This document shows, in pieces, positions 1-8,693 of a DNA stretch of 37,789 bases (the stretch's first letter is position 1; each line of letters opens with the position of its first letter). Made by a program: the position numbers and the translations under genes. The notes under the pieces are model-generated. The model made no database searches and had not been told where the DNA came from. It was given only the letters and a program-made list of their open reading frames with translations. Source of the stretch: a virus (lineage: Duplodnaviria; Caudoviricetes); the IMG/VR virus record IMGVR_UViG_3300020043_006244, positions 1 through 37,789 of that record; one strand, written 5' to 3'.

Positions 1-1383
1 GATGTCCATGTACGGGAGGTCCAGGTTGGTTGCTATACGGAGAATGTTGGAGCCAGTGGGGTCAGATGCAGAACCATCATGCTGCTCGAGCATTTCATTA
101 GCTGAACGTAGACCAATGCGCGTTGTACCCGTTAAGGATATAGCAGCATATGAGGTGAGGTTTGTGGTAACGTTCGCATTTTTGTTCAAGTAGGCACTGA
201 ACGTGGTCGAACCTATTGATTGGGTCGATGCATTGGTATGGAAATCGTTGAAATCTTCAGTGGCGAGTGTAGCGGAGAGATTAGAATTGTTGGTGTTGTC
301 TAATAGGTGGATGGTATAGCCGTTGGTGTTAGCCCCACCCGCAGCAGCGGAATACATGGTCAAAGACGCTGCCGAAACCGTGTTACCGGAACCAATCGAG
401 GACGTATCAAAATGAAGGTCAGCTCGTCGGATGTACCACACTGAGCCACTCTTTGTGTCGTGCAGTACGTTATGTGGTCCTCCCGTGTTGAGGGTATATA
501 CCGCGTCGCCTGTCGTGGCCGTAGCGGCAGAGTTATAGGTACCTCCAATGTTGTCGTTTGTTACCTGTTTAGAGTTGGTGGTGCTGTAGGTATCAAAAAG
601 GGTGTCGGCCCGTAGTGGGTAGGTGCCGTTGTTGAGGAAACTGTTTGACAGTACTTTGGCCTGCCACAGCGCATTGTTTCTCTTGATCCAAAATAGTTTG
701 ATGAGTTGACGCCTTCGCTCTATAGAGCCGTCCTCCATTATCGCGGGGACGATACTTGTTTTCTTCCCATTCGCCTGGTTAATCGTGAACTCGTCACCCT
801 CTAAATAAGAATTCTCGTTCCAAGCAAGATTCGTCGCTGTTTTCTTTACAGTTAAATTGGTACCAGTGTATTTGGAAAGTAAGGCCAACCGATGATTGTT
901 TGAAGGTGGCGCAACCAGGTCAGATTTGTTGTTGATTACAATCTCTTTACGAAAGCCGGTGGCGGTGAGCGTTATCTCGAAGTCTAAGCCACTTCCAAAG
1001 GCGTTCTTGTAGGTGACGACGTTATTAATAAGGGTGCCTGTCACTGGTTGGTCTGTACGAAATGGTACTACATCGGTGGGGTCGTTGACGTTAATCCATG
1101 AGAGTAGTTTTGGATCGAGAACTATGGAATGGTTCGCCCCATCCATGAAGTTATCAAAGCGTATGAGTTGATTTGCGGAAAAGTTTTTGTATATGCGGAT
1201 GTTGTAGTTGCTTTTGACCATTCGCCAATGGTCGCCCATATCCTCTAGCGCTGTGTTGATGTTCTCAAAACTTGCCCCTACTTTGTAGTGCAAGGGGGCA
1301 ATGGATGTCCGCATCGTAAACGTACCATCTCCATTGTCAAAGTGTTTGGAGGTGTAGCCGCGTTTGTTTAAAATTTCGATCAT
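1..1383 (-). CDS. Virion fibre/adhesin-like protein, N-terminal 461 aa (runs off window edge); WapA/RHS-type N-terminal domain plus DNRLRE/CBM96-like domain
   Basis: Not in ORF track; open from ATG at 1383 (MIEILNKRGYTSKHFDNGDGTFTMRTSIAPLHYK) to base 1; contains RRADLHFDTSSIGSGNTVSAASLTMY. Confidence 0.85.
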   Translation of the reverse strand, partial: MIEILNKRGYTSKHFDNGDGTFTMRTSIAPLHYKVGASFENINTALEDMGDHWRMVKSNYNIRIYKNFSANQLIRFDNFMDGANHSIVLDPKLLSWINVNDPTDVVPFRTDQPVTGTLINNVVTYKNAFGSGLDFEITLTATGFRKEIVINNKSDLVAPPSNNHRLALLSKYTGTNLTVKKTATNLAWNENSYLEGDEFTINQANGKKTSIVPAIMEDGSIERRRQLIKLFWIKRNNALWQAKVLSNSFLNNGTYPLRADTLFDTYSTTNSKQVTNDNIGGTYNSAATATTGDAVYTLNTGGPHNVLHDTKSGSVWYIRRADLHFDTSSIGSGNTVSAASLTMYSAAAGGANTNGYTIHLLDNTNNSNLSATLATEDFNDFHTNASTQSIGSTTFSAYLNKNANVTTNLTSYAAISLTGTTRIGLRSANEMLEQHDGSASDPTGSNILRIATNLDLPYMDI

Positions 1384-1388
1384 AAAAC

Positions 1389-2981
1389 CTATTCCCAGGA
1401 ATTAACCCAGGCACTACCATTATACCTTTTCATAACATAGGACGGGGGTACAGAAGCAGAAGGTGAAGAAGAGGGACTCGATGAGGGTGAGGGAGAACTG
1501 CTTGGTGATGAGGAAGGTGAGGTGGACGGTGAGGAACTAACGGAGGCACTCGGCGATGAAGAAGGGGAAGGTGATGACGAGGGGGATGAGGACGGTGAAG
1601 AGCTTGGGGAGGTAGAAGGCGAAGTGGAGGGTGATGTGGATGGACTTGAGGAAGGAGAGGTGGAGGGACTTGGTGAGGAGCTTGGTGACGAACTTGGTGA
1701 GGTAGAGGGGGATGTGCTAGGTGACGATGATGGAGAGGAGGAGGGAGAAGGTGAGGAGGACGGGGAGCTAGATACTGAAGTGGAGGGGGAGGAGGATGCT
1801 GAGGAGCCACTAGCTGTGTATGTGGCGTAGATTGAAAATTTGGTACTGAGACCTGCGCCCGTAGTCCAAGGGTCGGGGAATGTCGGGTAAGTAATACCTG
1901 TATTTGTTCTTTGGTCAGTAGAAAAGGTTGAATCAAAATATAATGTAAGGCCACTTGCGACCCCATCTGAGAACGCGCAAACAAAATACGCTTGATTTGA
2001 AACCGATGGACCTCCCGTAAAGTTCGCTGTCCACCATTGCGGGGTGGCAGAGTTGACAGTCAGTTCGTCTGTGGCGGGTGAGACAAAAGTTCCATCATTT
2101 GGTAGCGCTCCATTATCGTGAGTATAAAGACCACCTTTCAGCGGTACATCCGTTGTTACTTTAGCTACATAGACACTAATGCTAGTTGCTGTACCATTTT
2201 CGCCAGGGTTCGCATTTGTACCCCTCAAGTAATCAGTTGTTACAGCGCTGGAAGTCCCCCCAATCGTCGTATACCCAAAAGTCGGGTCTACCACGACTGG
2301 GTAGGTGGCATTGTCTAAATATTCTTGAGGGACAGTGACGGTGAGATTTGCACCAATAATGTTGAGTTCGCACCATGTTTTGTCACCGTTTGCGTCTACG
2401 GCTTCTGGGCGGTAAATATGAAACGCCTTGCCCACTTTGTACTCCGCACCGTCGGAGCGGTTCATCCCGCCTTTGCTCTTATGGTAGACAGCGTAGGAAC
2501 CCACAACGTTCTCGGGCCGTTGTGCTCCTTCAGCTATATCCTCGGGTGTGAGTGCAGGCTGGTAGAAGAAGTCTAAGTTTTTGGTTTGGATGGTGAACTC
2601 AACAACATTTGAAACAGGTTTTTCTTTGAAAACAACCTCTAGTTCATAGCCTCCGTCCTCAGTCACGTCAGGCTTGTCATACATGTGTACTTCCTTGTTG
2701 CCATCAATCCACTTTATGACTTCACCTTCTGTTTCTATAACCCCTTTTGAATAGTCATCTGTTTTATAACGGACTGAAAAGTTGACCTCATTTGTCTCTT
2801 TATCTTCTCCCCAACGACAGATTTTAACCTGTGGGAAAAAGTCTGTTTGCTTCACGTCCCCCACCTCTAAAGTTACGCGGTCTTTTGGATTCGTTTTTAC
2901 TTCTTGACGCAAAGAGTTATTGATTAACTCGTATTTGGTCTTCACTTCTTGACTTAATTTGTCAGGTTTTATTTCAGCCAT
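1389..2981 (-). CDS. Virion fibre-like protein with ~120-aa Ser/Pro/Thr mucin-like stalk
   Basis: 530-aa ORF; globular domains joined at YPVVVDPTFGY, SSSP/STSP repeats, C-terminal MKRYNGSAW. Confidence 0.85.
   Translation of the reverse strand: MAEIKPDKLSQEVKTKYELINNSLRQEVKTNPKDRVTLEVGDVKQTDFFPQVKICRWGEDKETNEVNFSVRYKTDDYSKGVIETEGEVIKWIDGNKEVHMYDKPDVTEDGGYELEVVFKEKPVSNVVEFTIQTKNLDFFYQPALTPEDIAEGAQRPENVVGSYAVYHKSKGGMNRSDGAEYKVGKAFHIYRPEAVDANGDKTWCELNIIGANLTVTVPQEYLDNATYPVVVDPTFGYTTIGGTSSAVTTDYLRGTNANPGENGTATSISVYVAKVTTDVPLKGGLYTHDNGALPNDGTFVSPATDELTVNSATPQWWTANFTGGPSVSNQAYFVCAFSDGVASGLTLYFDSTFSTDQRTNTGITYPTFPDPWTTGAGLSTKFSIYATYTASGSSASSSPSTSVSSSPSSSPSPSSSPSSSPSTSPSTSPSSSPSSSPSPSTSPSSSPSTSPSTSPSTSPSSSPSSSPSSSPSPSSSPSASVSSSPSTSPSSSPSSSPSPSSSPSSSPSASVPPSYVMKRYNGSAWVNSWE
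1441..1811 (-). repeat. Coding low-complexity repeat (SSSP/STSP)n
   Basis: Protein-level repeat with mixed synonymous Ser codons. Confidence 0.95.
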
Positions 2982-3022
2982 GATATTTTACTTCAAACAC
3001 GGTGAGGGGTATACTTAGACAT

Positions 3023-3463
3023 ATGAAAACAAGAAGAGTTATCTCGTATAAGACGCGAGAAAAGATGCGTCAAAGTTTGAGGGGTAAGAATCCAAAGAAC
3101 CTTGACTGGCTTCATAAATTTAATAAAGGAGATAATCATGGCAACTGGAAAGGTGATTCTGTGAAATCTGGGGCTTTGCATGACTGGGTTAGACGGTGGA
3201 AAGGGAAACCACAGACGTGTCTTCATTGTAAGGCATCTAAAGAAGAGAAAAGATTGACTTGGGCTAATGTTGACCATAAATATCGAAGAAATGTTGATGA
3301 CTTTATATCTCTTTGTTACAAGTGTCACCAAATGTACGACATTAAGAACAATAACTACCCTACTAAAAGCCGTTTCCATAAAGGACATGAAATGTGTAGT
3401 GACACCAAAAAGAAAATCAGTGAGAGTATGAAACGTGTTCGAACAACTAAAGTAGTTCCTTAA
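3023..3463 (+). CDS. HNH/NUMOD3 homing-endonuclease-like protein
   Basis: NWKGD, LHDWVRR, CLHC, WAN, LCYKCH, NUMOD3-like DTKKKISESMK; TATACT just upstream of ATG 3023; opposite strand to neighbours. Confidence 0.8.
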   Translation: MKTRRVISYKTREKMRQSLRGKNPKNLDWLHKFNKGDNHGNWKGDSVKSGALHDWVRRWKGKPQTCLHCKASKEEKRLTWANVDHKYRRNVDDFISLCYKCHQMYDIKNNNYPTKSRFHKGHEMCSDTKKKISESMKRVRTTKVVP

Positions 3464-3470
3464 CATACAT

Positions 3471-4424
3471 TTATTTTACCATTTTTTCACCATGTGTGAT
3501 AATTTTTGCAAGCATTCCCTCGTCTTTTCCATCATGCCAATTTGGTACTGGTTTGAATTTCTCCACCAACCACGAGAGCGGGTATTTCTGGAGCGGCCAT
3601 GTGTTGTCGAGGAATAGGGCGCGGCTCACTTGCCTGGCGTGTTCTACTTGAGCGTTCGTTATAGGATAGGGAAAGCCAAAATCGCCTCCCTGTGTACGGA
3701 ATAGGTGTGCGTACCATGTAGTGTGATTGACAACAACGCGACCACCAGAGAGCCATGTCTTGCACGCCACCTCCACTCCTTGCTGCCCCCATGAACCGAA
3801 CGCCTCGTCGCAAATGCCGAGTTCCCAGTACTTGTCACGGGAGAGCATGAAACAAGAACCTTGCAGCGACATTGTTTCAGTGATTTCGCCCTGTGCTTCT
3901 GGTCGCTTGTGGAACTCGCGGAAGTACTGAAAATGCAAGGTGTGGTCAAAGCGATACGATTTACTCTCCGGACGTATTTTGGGAATCCATACAATATCTC
4001 GGGTTGTAGGTTTAGCGCACGTTGTGCACGGTCCTGAGCGGCCTTGGTAGCGGCGGTGTCCTTCGGGGCATACCCAGTCGAATACGTGCAGATTCCGCAT
4101 GATTGGCACCATCGTCCAATTAGGCTCCATTTTGGAGAGCATCTTGACGTCAAACCCCTCGTCAAAGGCACAGTGGGCGTCTACTTTCATAAAGTAAGCA
4201 CCCTGAGCTTCCCTGGCAGCTTGATTGGTCGATGCTCGTTGCCCGAGAGAGACGACGTTTGTTATGTATTTGAGGTTTGGTGCTTGTGGTAGCTCTTTTG
4301 GGAACTGCTCGCCATCCAACACAACGATTATTTCAGTCTTGGCGCGTATGTTACGAAGTAAATCGTGGAGTGTCTCAGCCAACCACTCTTCGTTTCGTGC
4401 TGGTATTAAGATAGAGAGTTCCAT
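3471..4424 (-). CDS. GT-A glycosyltransferase (GT2/GT27 polypeptide-GalNAc-transferase-like)
   Basis: SILIPARNE, DAHC (DxH), WGQQGVEVACKTWLSGG, HLFR; Cys/His insert CPEGH..CTTC. Confidence 0.9.
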   Translation of the reverse strand: MELSILIPARNEEWLAETLHDLLRNIRAKTEIIVVLDGEQFPKELPQAPNLKYITNVVSLGQRASTNQAAREAQGAYFMKVDAHCAFDEGFDVKMLSKMEPNWTMVPIMRNLHVFDWVCPEGHRRYQGRSGPCTTCAKPTTRDIVWIPKIRPESKSYRFDHTLHFQYFREFHKRPEAQGEITETMSLQGSCFMLSRDKYWELGICDEAFGSWGQQGVEVACKTWLSGGRVVVNHTTWYAHLFRTQGGDFGFPYPITNAQVEHARQVSRALFLDNTWPLQKYPLSWLVEKFKPVPNWHDGKDEGMLAKIITHGEKMVK

Positions 4425-5080
4425 AGAGAAACTATGTTAGTGGCACTACCCCAATAGGGTATGTCGTATGCCTTGACCTGTCCCAGAGTTTTTCGCATCC
4501 GTCGTTGACGGTCCTCTGAAGCATTTGGATGATTGATGTGGATGATGCCTATGTCTGAATACCACTCCATAGATTTTCGTTGTGTCACACCCAAACCTAC
4601 CTCTACACGTTCCCTCCCAAGTTCCCCTGCGAATTGAGGGGGCCATCCTTTTGGGTGTTTGGCGAAACGTTCTTCCAGGGATTCGATGAGTAGTTGTCGA
4701 GGCGCAATGAGGGAGCAATTACTTTTTCGTTGTCGCATGTGAAATATTGGTTCGCCCCACGAGAAGAGTGACCAGCGATGTTGATTGTATGCAAAAACGT
4801 CGAGAGGCGGTCTGAAATTAAAATGTTCTTTGGAGTAGAGGACATCATCTTCTATGATAGCAACATACGCTGTTTTTGTCAGCCGCGCAGCGTTGAGCAT
4901 TTGCCTGTATATATTCTCGTATGACTTAGGGAACGTGTCGTGTATATCATGCCCAGGCAAGCGAGAGACGGTTACCATAGGGTATTTGGGGAGGATGGAC
5001 GCATGGTAGTCGTACCACTTGGGGGAGAGTTCACCAGCGGTTATGAAAAGAAGCGTTAGATCATCTGGTGAATCTGGCAT
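4406..5080 (-). CDS. Putative GT-A fold glycosyltransferase
   Basis: YVAIIEDDVLY metal-binding motif; overlaps neighbouring GT and MTase. Confidence 0.65.
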   Translation of the reverse strand: MPDSPDDLTLLFITAGELSPKWYDYHASILPKYPMVTVSRLPGHDIHDTFPKSYENIYRQMLNAARLTKTAYVAIIEDDVLYSKEHFNFRPPLDVFAYNQHRWSLFSWGEPIFHMRQRKSNCSLIAPRQLLIESLEERFAKHPKGWPPQFAGELGRERVEVGLGVTQRKSMEWYSDIGIIHINHPNASEDRQRRMRKTLGQVKAYDIPYWGSATNIVSLWNSLS

Positions 5081-5582
5081 ACATGTTTTTTTCGGCTGGT
5101 ATTACGAGTACTTCTCCGTCTAGGTTCCACCCATGGTGTTGCATAAATATTGGTAGTTCGTCCCTCGTCCACTCGGTGATATGAAACTTGTCATTGACCA
5201 TGCCTCGCTCTGGCGTGGTGATGTATAGAACAGGAGCGACCCTTCGCGCTTCTTTTAGTGCGAAGTCGGGATGTTCAAAGTGTTCAATAACGTCCGCCAT
5301 GAGGACAGCATTGAAAGAGTCTGGAGGGTAAGGGAGGCTATAGGCAGAGGCTAGGAGAACGTTAGCACCGTGTTCTTGAGCAAGCCGCACTCCCGTAGGT
5401 TCGTCATCAATACCTGTGGCATTGAGAAGTTTGGTAATCAAGCCGTCACCAGCACCAACGTCGAGGACGTTTGTTTCTGTAATCCAGGCTAGTATCCTAT
5501 CAACGTGGCGGGTGTATTTGGTATTAGCGGCGTACTGCTTCCAGTGGTATGCGCCGTGTTTGTCGTATTTGGTGAATTTCAT
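5061..5582 (-). CDS. Class I SAM-dependent methyltransferase
   Basis: VLDVGAGDG, LPYPPDSFNAV, DVIEH, ITTP. Confidence 0.9.
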   Translation of the reverse strand: MKFTKYDKHGAYHWKQYAANTKYTRHVDRILAWITETNVLDVGAGDGLITKLLNATGIDDEPTGVRLAQEHGANVLLASAYSLPYPPDSFNAVLMADVIEHFEHPDFALKEARRVAPVLYITTPERGMVNDKFHITEWTRDELPIFMQHHGWNLDGEVLVIPAEKNMYARFTR

Positions 5583-6187
5583 CGTGAGAGAATGGACACA
5601 ACTTGTGGGCCGAAGAGGTAAGGCGTATTAGAAACCTCCTCCTTGTATTCAGTCACAAAGCCATAGTCGTCCAGAGAGAAAGAATTTGTTTTATTCCACA
5701 CCGTGCCATCGCGGGAGAGATTCCAGCCGTGAAATCCTGAGTAGCGCATGTGCTCGGCTTCGTTCTCATAGTGGCGTAGGTAGACATACCCTCCAGGCTT
5801 GCACACACGTATCATTTCCTCAATAGCTTTGTTGGGGTGTTCTGTATGGTCGAGCGCATTGACGCAATGGACAATATCAAAGTGGTTGTCTGGGTAGGTC
5901 AGTGCCTCCATATCTTGCTGTTCGATGGGGATGAGGAGGCCTTCGTATCCATAATCGAGGAGGTCCGAGGGGACCACGGTGACTTTAACCTTCGGCCAGG
6001 TGCTCCCCGTGGTGGAGATTGCCGCCGCTCCAAGGTCTGCTATCAGCACTTCTGTTTTGATACCGATGAGGGGTGCGAAGTAGTCGGGGAGCTGAAATAC
6101 TTTGTTGAAGGCGTCCATCTTCCATGCTTTCTTTTGCTGGTAGAAACGGACGGCCATCTTCTCACCAGCTTGGCGGCTATGAGGCAT
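5579..6187 (-). CDS. Class I SAM-dependent methyltransferase
   Basis: IADLGAA, DMEALTYPDNHFDIVHCVNALDH, RVCKPGG. Confidence 0.9.
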   Translation of the reverse strand: MPHSRQAGEKMAVRFYQQKKAWKMDAFNKVFQLPDYFAPLIGIKTEVLIADLGAAAISTTGSTWPKVKVTVVPSDLLDYGYEGLLIPIEQQDMEALTYPDNHFDIVHCVNALDHTEHPNKAIEEMIRVCKPGGYVYLRHYENEAEHMRYSGFHGWNLSRDGTVWNKTNSFSLDDYGFVTEYKEEVSNTPYLFGPQVVSILSR

Positions 6188-6189
6188 GA

Positions 6190-6918
6190 TTAGACTGTTT
6201 GCACCCAGAGGTCGTTTTCTTTCGGGTCAGTGGGTTCAGTGTCGGATACGGTGATTGAGATACCGTTAAACCATCGACGAGTGGTCGCGTTGTACTGGAT
6301 GATGGTGTTGTTGTTTAACGTATCGGAAAGGATGAGGTCGCCAATCTGGTCCATGCGACGAGCAATGAGTGCGGTGGTGTCCCTGCGCTGTGCCATACGC
6401 ACCTCCAAGTCTTTCAATTTTTCGGGGAGGTCTTGGATAGCCTCAATGAGGAGCTTTTCCCCTTCCGGTAGTGACTCAAGAGCGTTGCGGATGTTCTCTC
6501 CAACGATGAGCTGCGAAAGGTTGGCAAGGATCGTTTTGTGCTCTTCGAGGGAGTCGTGCAGTTCAGTAGCATCAAACTCCGGAGGGAGCACTGGGATGCG
6601 TGCCTCTACTCGCTGGAGTTCTTTTGCAATGAGTTGGCGTATGTCGTCGGCGTCCATGTCGGACTTTGACTTCACCTCACGTACAAACGAGGCGAGTTCA
6701 TCGGTTGCTGTACCGAGTGCGCGTTTGAGAGCCTCTATTTCCTGCTTTGAACCGGAGGACGTTTCGGCTATTTGAGAGGTGAGGAGTTCTTTGGATTGGT
6801 TGACGATACCGACAATTCCTTCCAAGGCTTCAATTAATTCGTCGTGATTAACAGACCCCACACCAAGAGCATCTATGAGAGCTTCGAGTTTTCGTTCTGT
6901 CAGAGGTTTTAGTGCCAT
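6190..6918 (-). CDS. Coiled-coil virion protein ending in a tail-fibre-type motif
   Basis: Heptad-rich; ends ITVSDTEPTDPKENDLWVQTV. Confidence 0.7.
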   Translation of the reverse strand: MALKPLTERKLEALIDALGVGSVNHDELIEALEGIVGIVNQSKELLTSQIAETSSGSKQEIEALKRALGTATDELASFVREVKSKSDMDADDIRQLIAKELQRVEARIPVLPPEFDATELHDSLEEHKTILANLSQLIVGENIRNALESLPEGEKLLIEAIQDLPEKLKDLEVRMAQRRDTTALIARRMDQIGDLILSDTLNNNTIIQYNATTRRWFNGISITVSDTEPTDPKENDLWVQTV

Positions 6919-6927
6919 ATTTGTATA

Positions 6928-6936
6928 ATTATATCA
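6928..6936 (-). promoter_or_regulatory. Extended -10 promoter
   Basis: TGATATAAT 9 nt upstream of ATG 6918; no SD. Confidence 0.6.
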
Positions 6937-6985
6937 TGTGTACAACATACTTTACTTTTGTAGTCGAGGGGTGTAATGTAGAAAC

Positions 6986-7069
6986 ATGTTTACCATAGTG
7001 ATGTATGTGGTCATAGGATGGTTGATACTTGGCGCTGTTTGTGCTTTCGCAGGTATGCTTAGGTCATAG
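6986..7069 (+). CDS. 27-aa single-transmembrane peptide
   Basis: MFTIVMYVVIGWLILGAVCAFAGMLRS; fills intergenic gap, convergent with upstream operon. Confidence 0.45.
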   Translation: MFTIVMYVVIGWLILGAVCAFAGMLRS

Positions 7070-8692
7070 ATTGGACTCGTCCAGTACGTCGATTATGAAG
7101 CGGCGTTTTGTGACGCTGTCCGCTTTGTCTATTTTTAGCTCTTTGAAGAGTCGGTCAGCGGCTAGGGCGTTGTTGGCATTCTTTGGGTCGTCTAGCCAAC
7201 GAACCATTATGTTTCTGTCGGCTTTGTCCATTTTCCGGGCGACAATGTCGGGTCGCACGTTGACCGGTATGCCGGATACGTCTTTTGTTGATAGACCAGC
7301 ACCGAACTCTACTCCTATGTCGTATTCTTTAGGCTTGGAGTATCCTACGGACTGTAGGTATTGACCGAGTGTTTTGATATTTTTAGGTGCAGAGAACTCT
7401 AATTTATTACCAACACGGTAGAGGACTTGGCCAGCAGTAGTTCGGACTGGCACAGCAGGAATATCCCACAAGGAAATGATGAGTTTCCCCGAGCCACCTT
7501 GGAAGCCTCCCGAGGAGATTGCTTTTACCCCGACGTTTTGCAGTTCATAGAGGTTCGCCCAGTCAATGTACTTTCGTTTAATACCTTCGTCAGCCAACGC
7601 TTCGTACGTTTTCTGGCGTATTGCATCAGCCATATCCGCCTGGAGCATACGAACTTCACTGGCGACTTCTTGGCCTCGAAATACTTTAGCTGGTGTAAAC
7701 TCAGCGAGGTCGCGCTTGAGTGCTTGTGCTTTGGTAAGATCGAAAGACTCGTCAAATTTAGCAAAATCTTCAGTGAGAGCGTCGAGTGCATTTATGAGAG
7801 CTTGGCGTCGAGTAGGGTCAGTAGTAGCGTTAATACGAGCTATTGCAGGAGCGAAGAGTTCTTCTTTGGTCATCGTGGCGTCAGAGTTTTTGACCGCGGG
7901 CGCAATTTCTTTGTTCCAGAGTTCATCAGCCTGTCGTTTCGCCTGCACACCTATAGCGGTCTCCGTGCCGTAGATGCCTTTCTCAAGGGCTGTTTGAGCG
8001 CGAGTGATTGGTGGGGTGACGGTGTTACCTTTTAAGGTGTCGGACACACGAGTGAGGAATGGAGAGTTAGCCCGCTGGTTGAGTATTTTTTCAGCTTCTT
8101 TGACATTTGGCGTAATTGCGCCACGGTACAACGCTGCGCCGGAGCCTTTAATGGCTCGACCACCAACGGAAACAGCATCGGCAGCTCCTTCAAGTGCCTT
8201 CCCAGTGCCCACAAGAGCCGCTTTGGTAGTGGCTTGGATACCTTTGGTTGCTCCAGTGGCGAACGGGATTATGTTAGTGAGGTTACCGATTGCTTCGAGA
8301 TTAGCCGCGGCTTCGGGATGAGCGGTTTTCCAGTCTTCGTATGCTTTTGCAGAGTCTTGGACTTTTTCGGTACCAGCTAGTTTCTGCACGCCCTGTTTAA
8401 GGACGTTTTTAACGGGCTCGGGTGTAATAGCAGAAATGCCGCGAGCGAAAATGTCGCCAAGAAAACCACCCCCTTGGCCAATGGTTTGCAGTGCAGCGCT
8501 TTTGTCGGATTGCTGTCCTTGGAGTGCAGATACTTGTGCATCTGCGGCTTTGTCAACACGGGAGGCAAAGTCTTGTTTTATGCCGCCAAGAAAAGATGTT
8601 TGTGGTTCTTGATTTGGCGTAGCGGTAGATTGCTGCGTGCCACCAACACCATACTTTTGCCTGTATTGCTGTACTTGTTCTGGGGTAAGCAT
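7064..8692 (-). CDS. Putative internal virion (ejection) protein
   Basis: 542 aa, Ala/Gly/Gln-rich helical; position after nozzle-like gene. Confidence 0.65.
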   Translation of the reverse strand: MLTPEQVQQYRQKYGVGGTQQSTATPNQEPQTSFLGGIKQDFASRVDKAADAQVSALQGQQSDKSAALQTIGQGGGFLGDIFARGISAITPEPVKNVLKQGVQKLAGTEKVQDSAKAYEDWKTAHPEAAANLEAIGNLTNIIPFATGATKGIQATTKAALVGTGKALEGAADAVSVGGRAIKGSGAALYRGAITPNVKEAEKILNQRANSPFLTRVSDTLKGNTVTPPITRAQTALEKGIYGTETAIGVQAKRQADELWNKEIAPAVKNSDATMTKEELFAPAIARINATTDPTRRQALINALDALTEDFAKFDESFDLTKAQALKRDLAEFTPAKVFRGQEVASEVRMLQADMADAIRQKTYEALADEGIKRKYIDWANLYELQNVGVKAISSGGFQGGSGKLIISLWDIPAVPVRTTAGQVLYRVGNKLEFSAPKNIKTLGQYLQSVGYSKPKEYDIGVEFGAGLSTKDVSGIPVNVRPDIVARKMDKADRNIMVRWLDDPKNANNALAADRLFKELKIDKADSVTKRRFIIDVLDESNL

Positions 8693-8693
8693 A

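Noticed and set aside
1430-1984. His/Pro/Leu-rich (-) and Glu/Gly-rich (+) ORFs over the stalk
   Set aside because: Shadow frames of the Ser/Pro repeat
2993-3466. 157-aa minus-strand ORF
   Set aside because: Antisense shadow of the motif-bearing HNH gene
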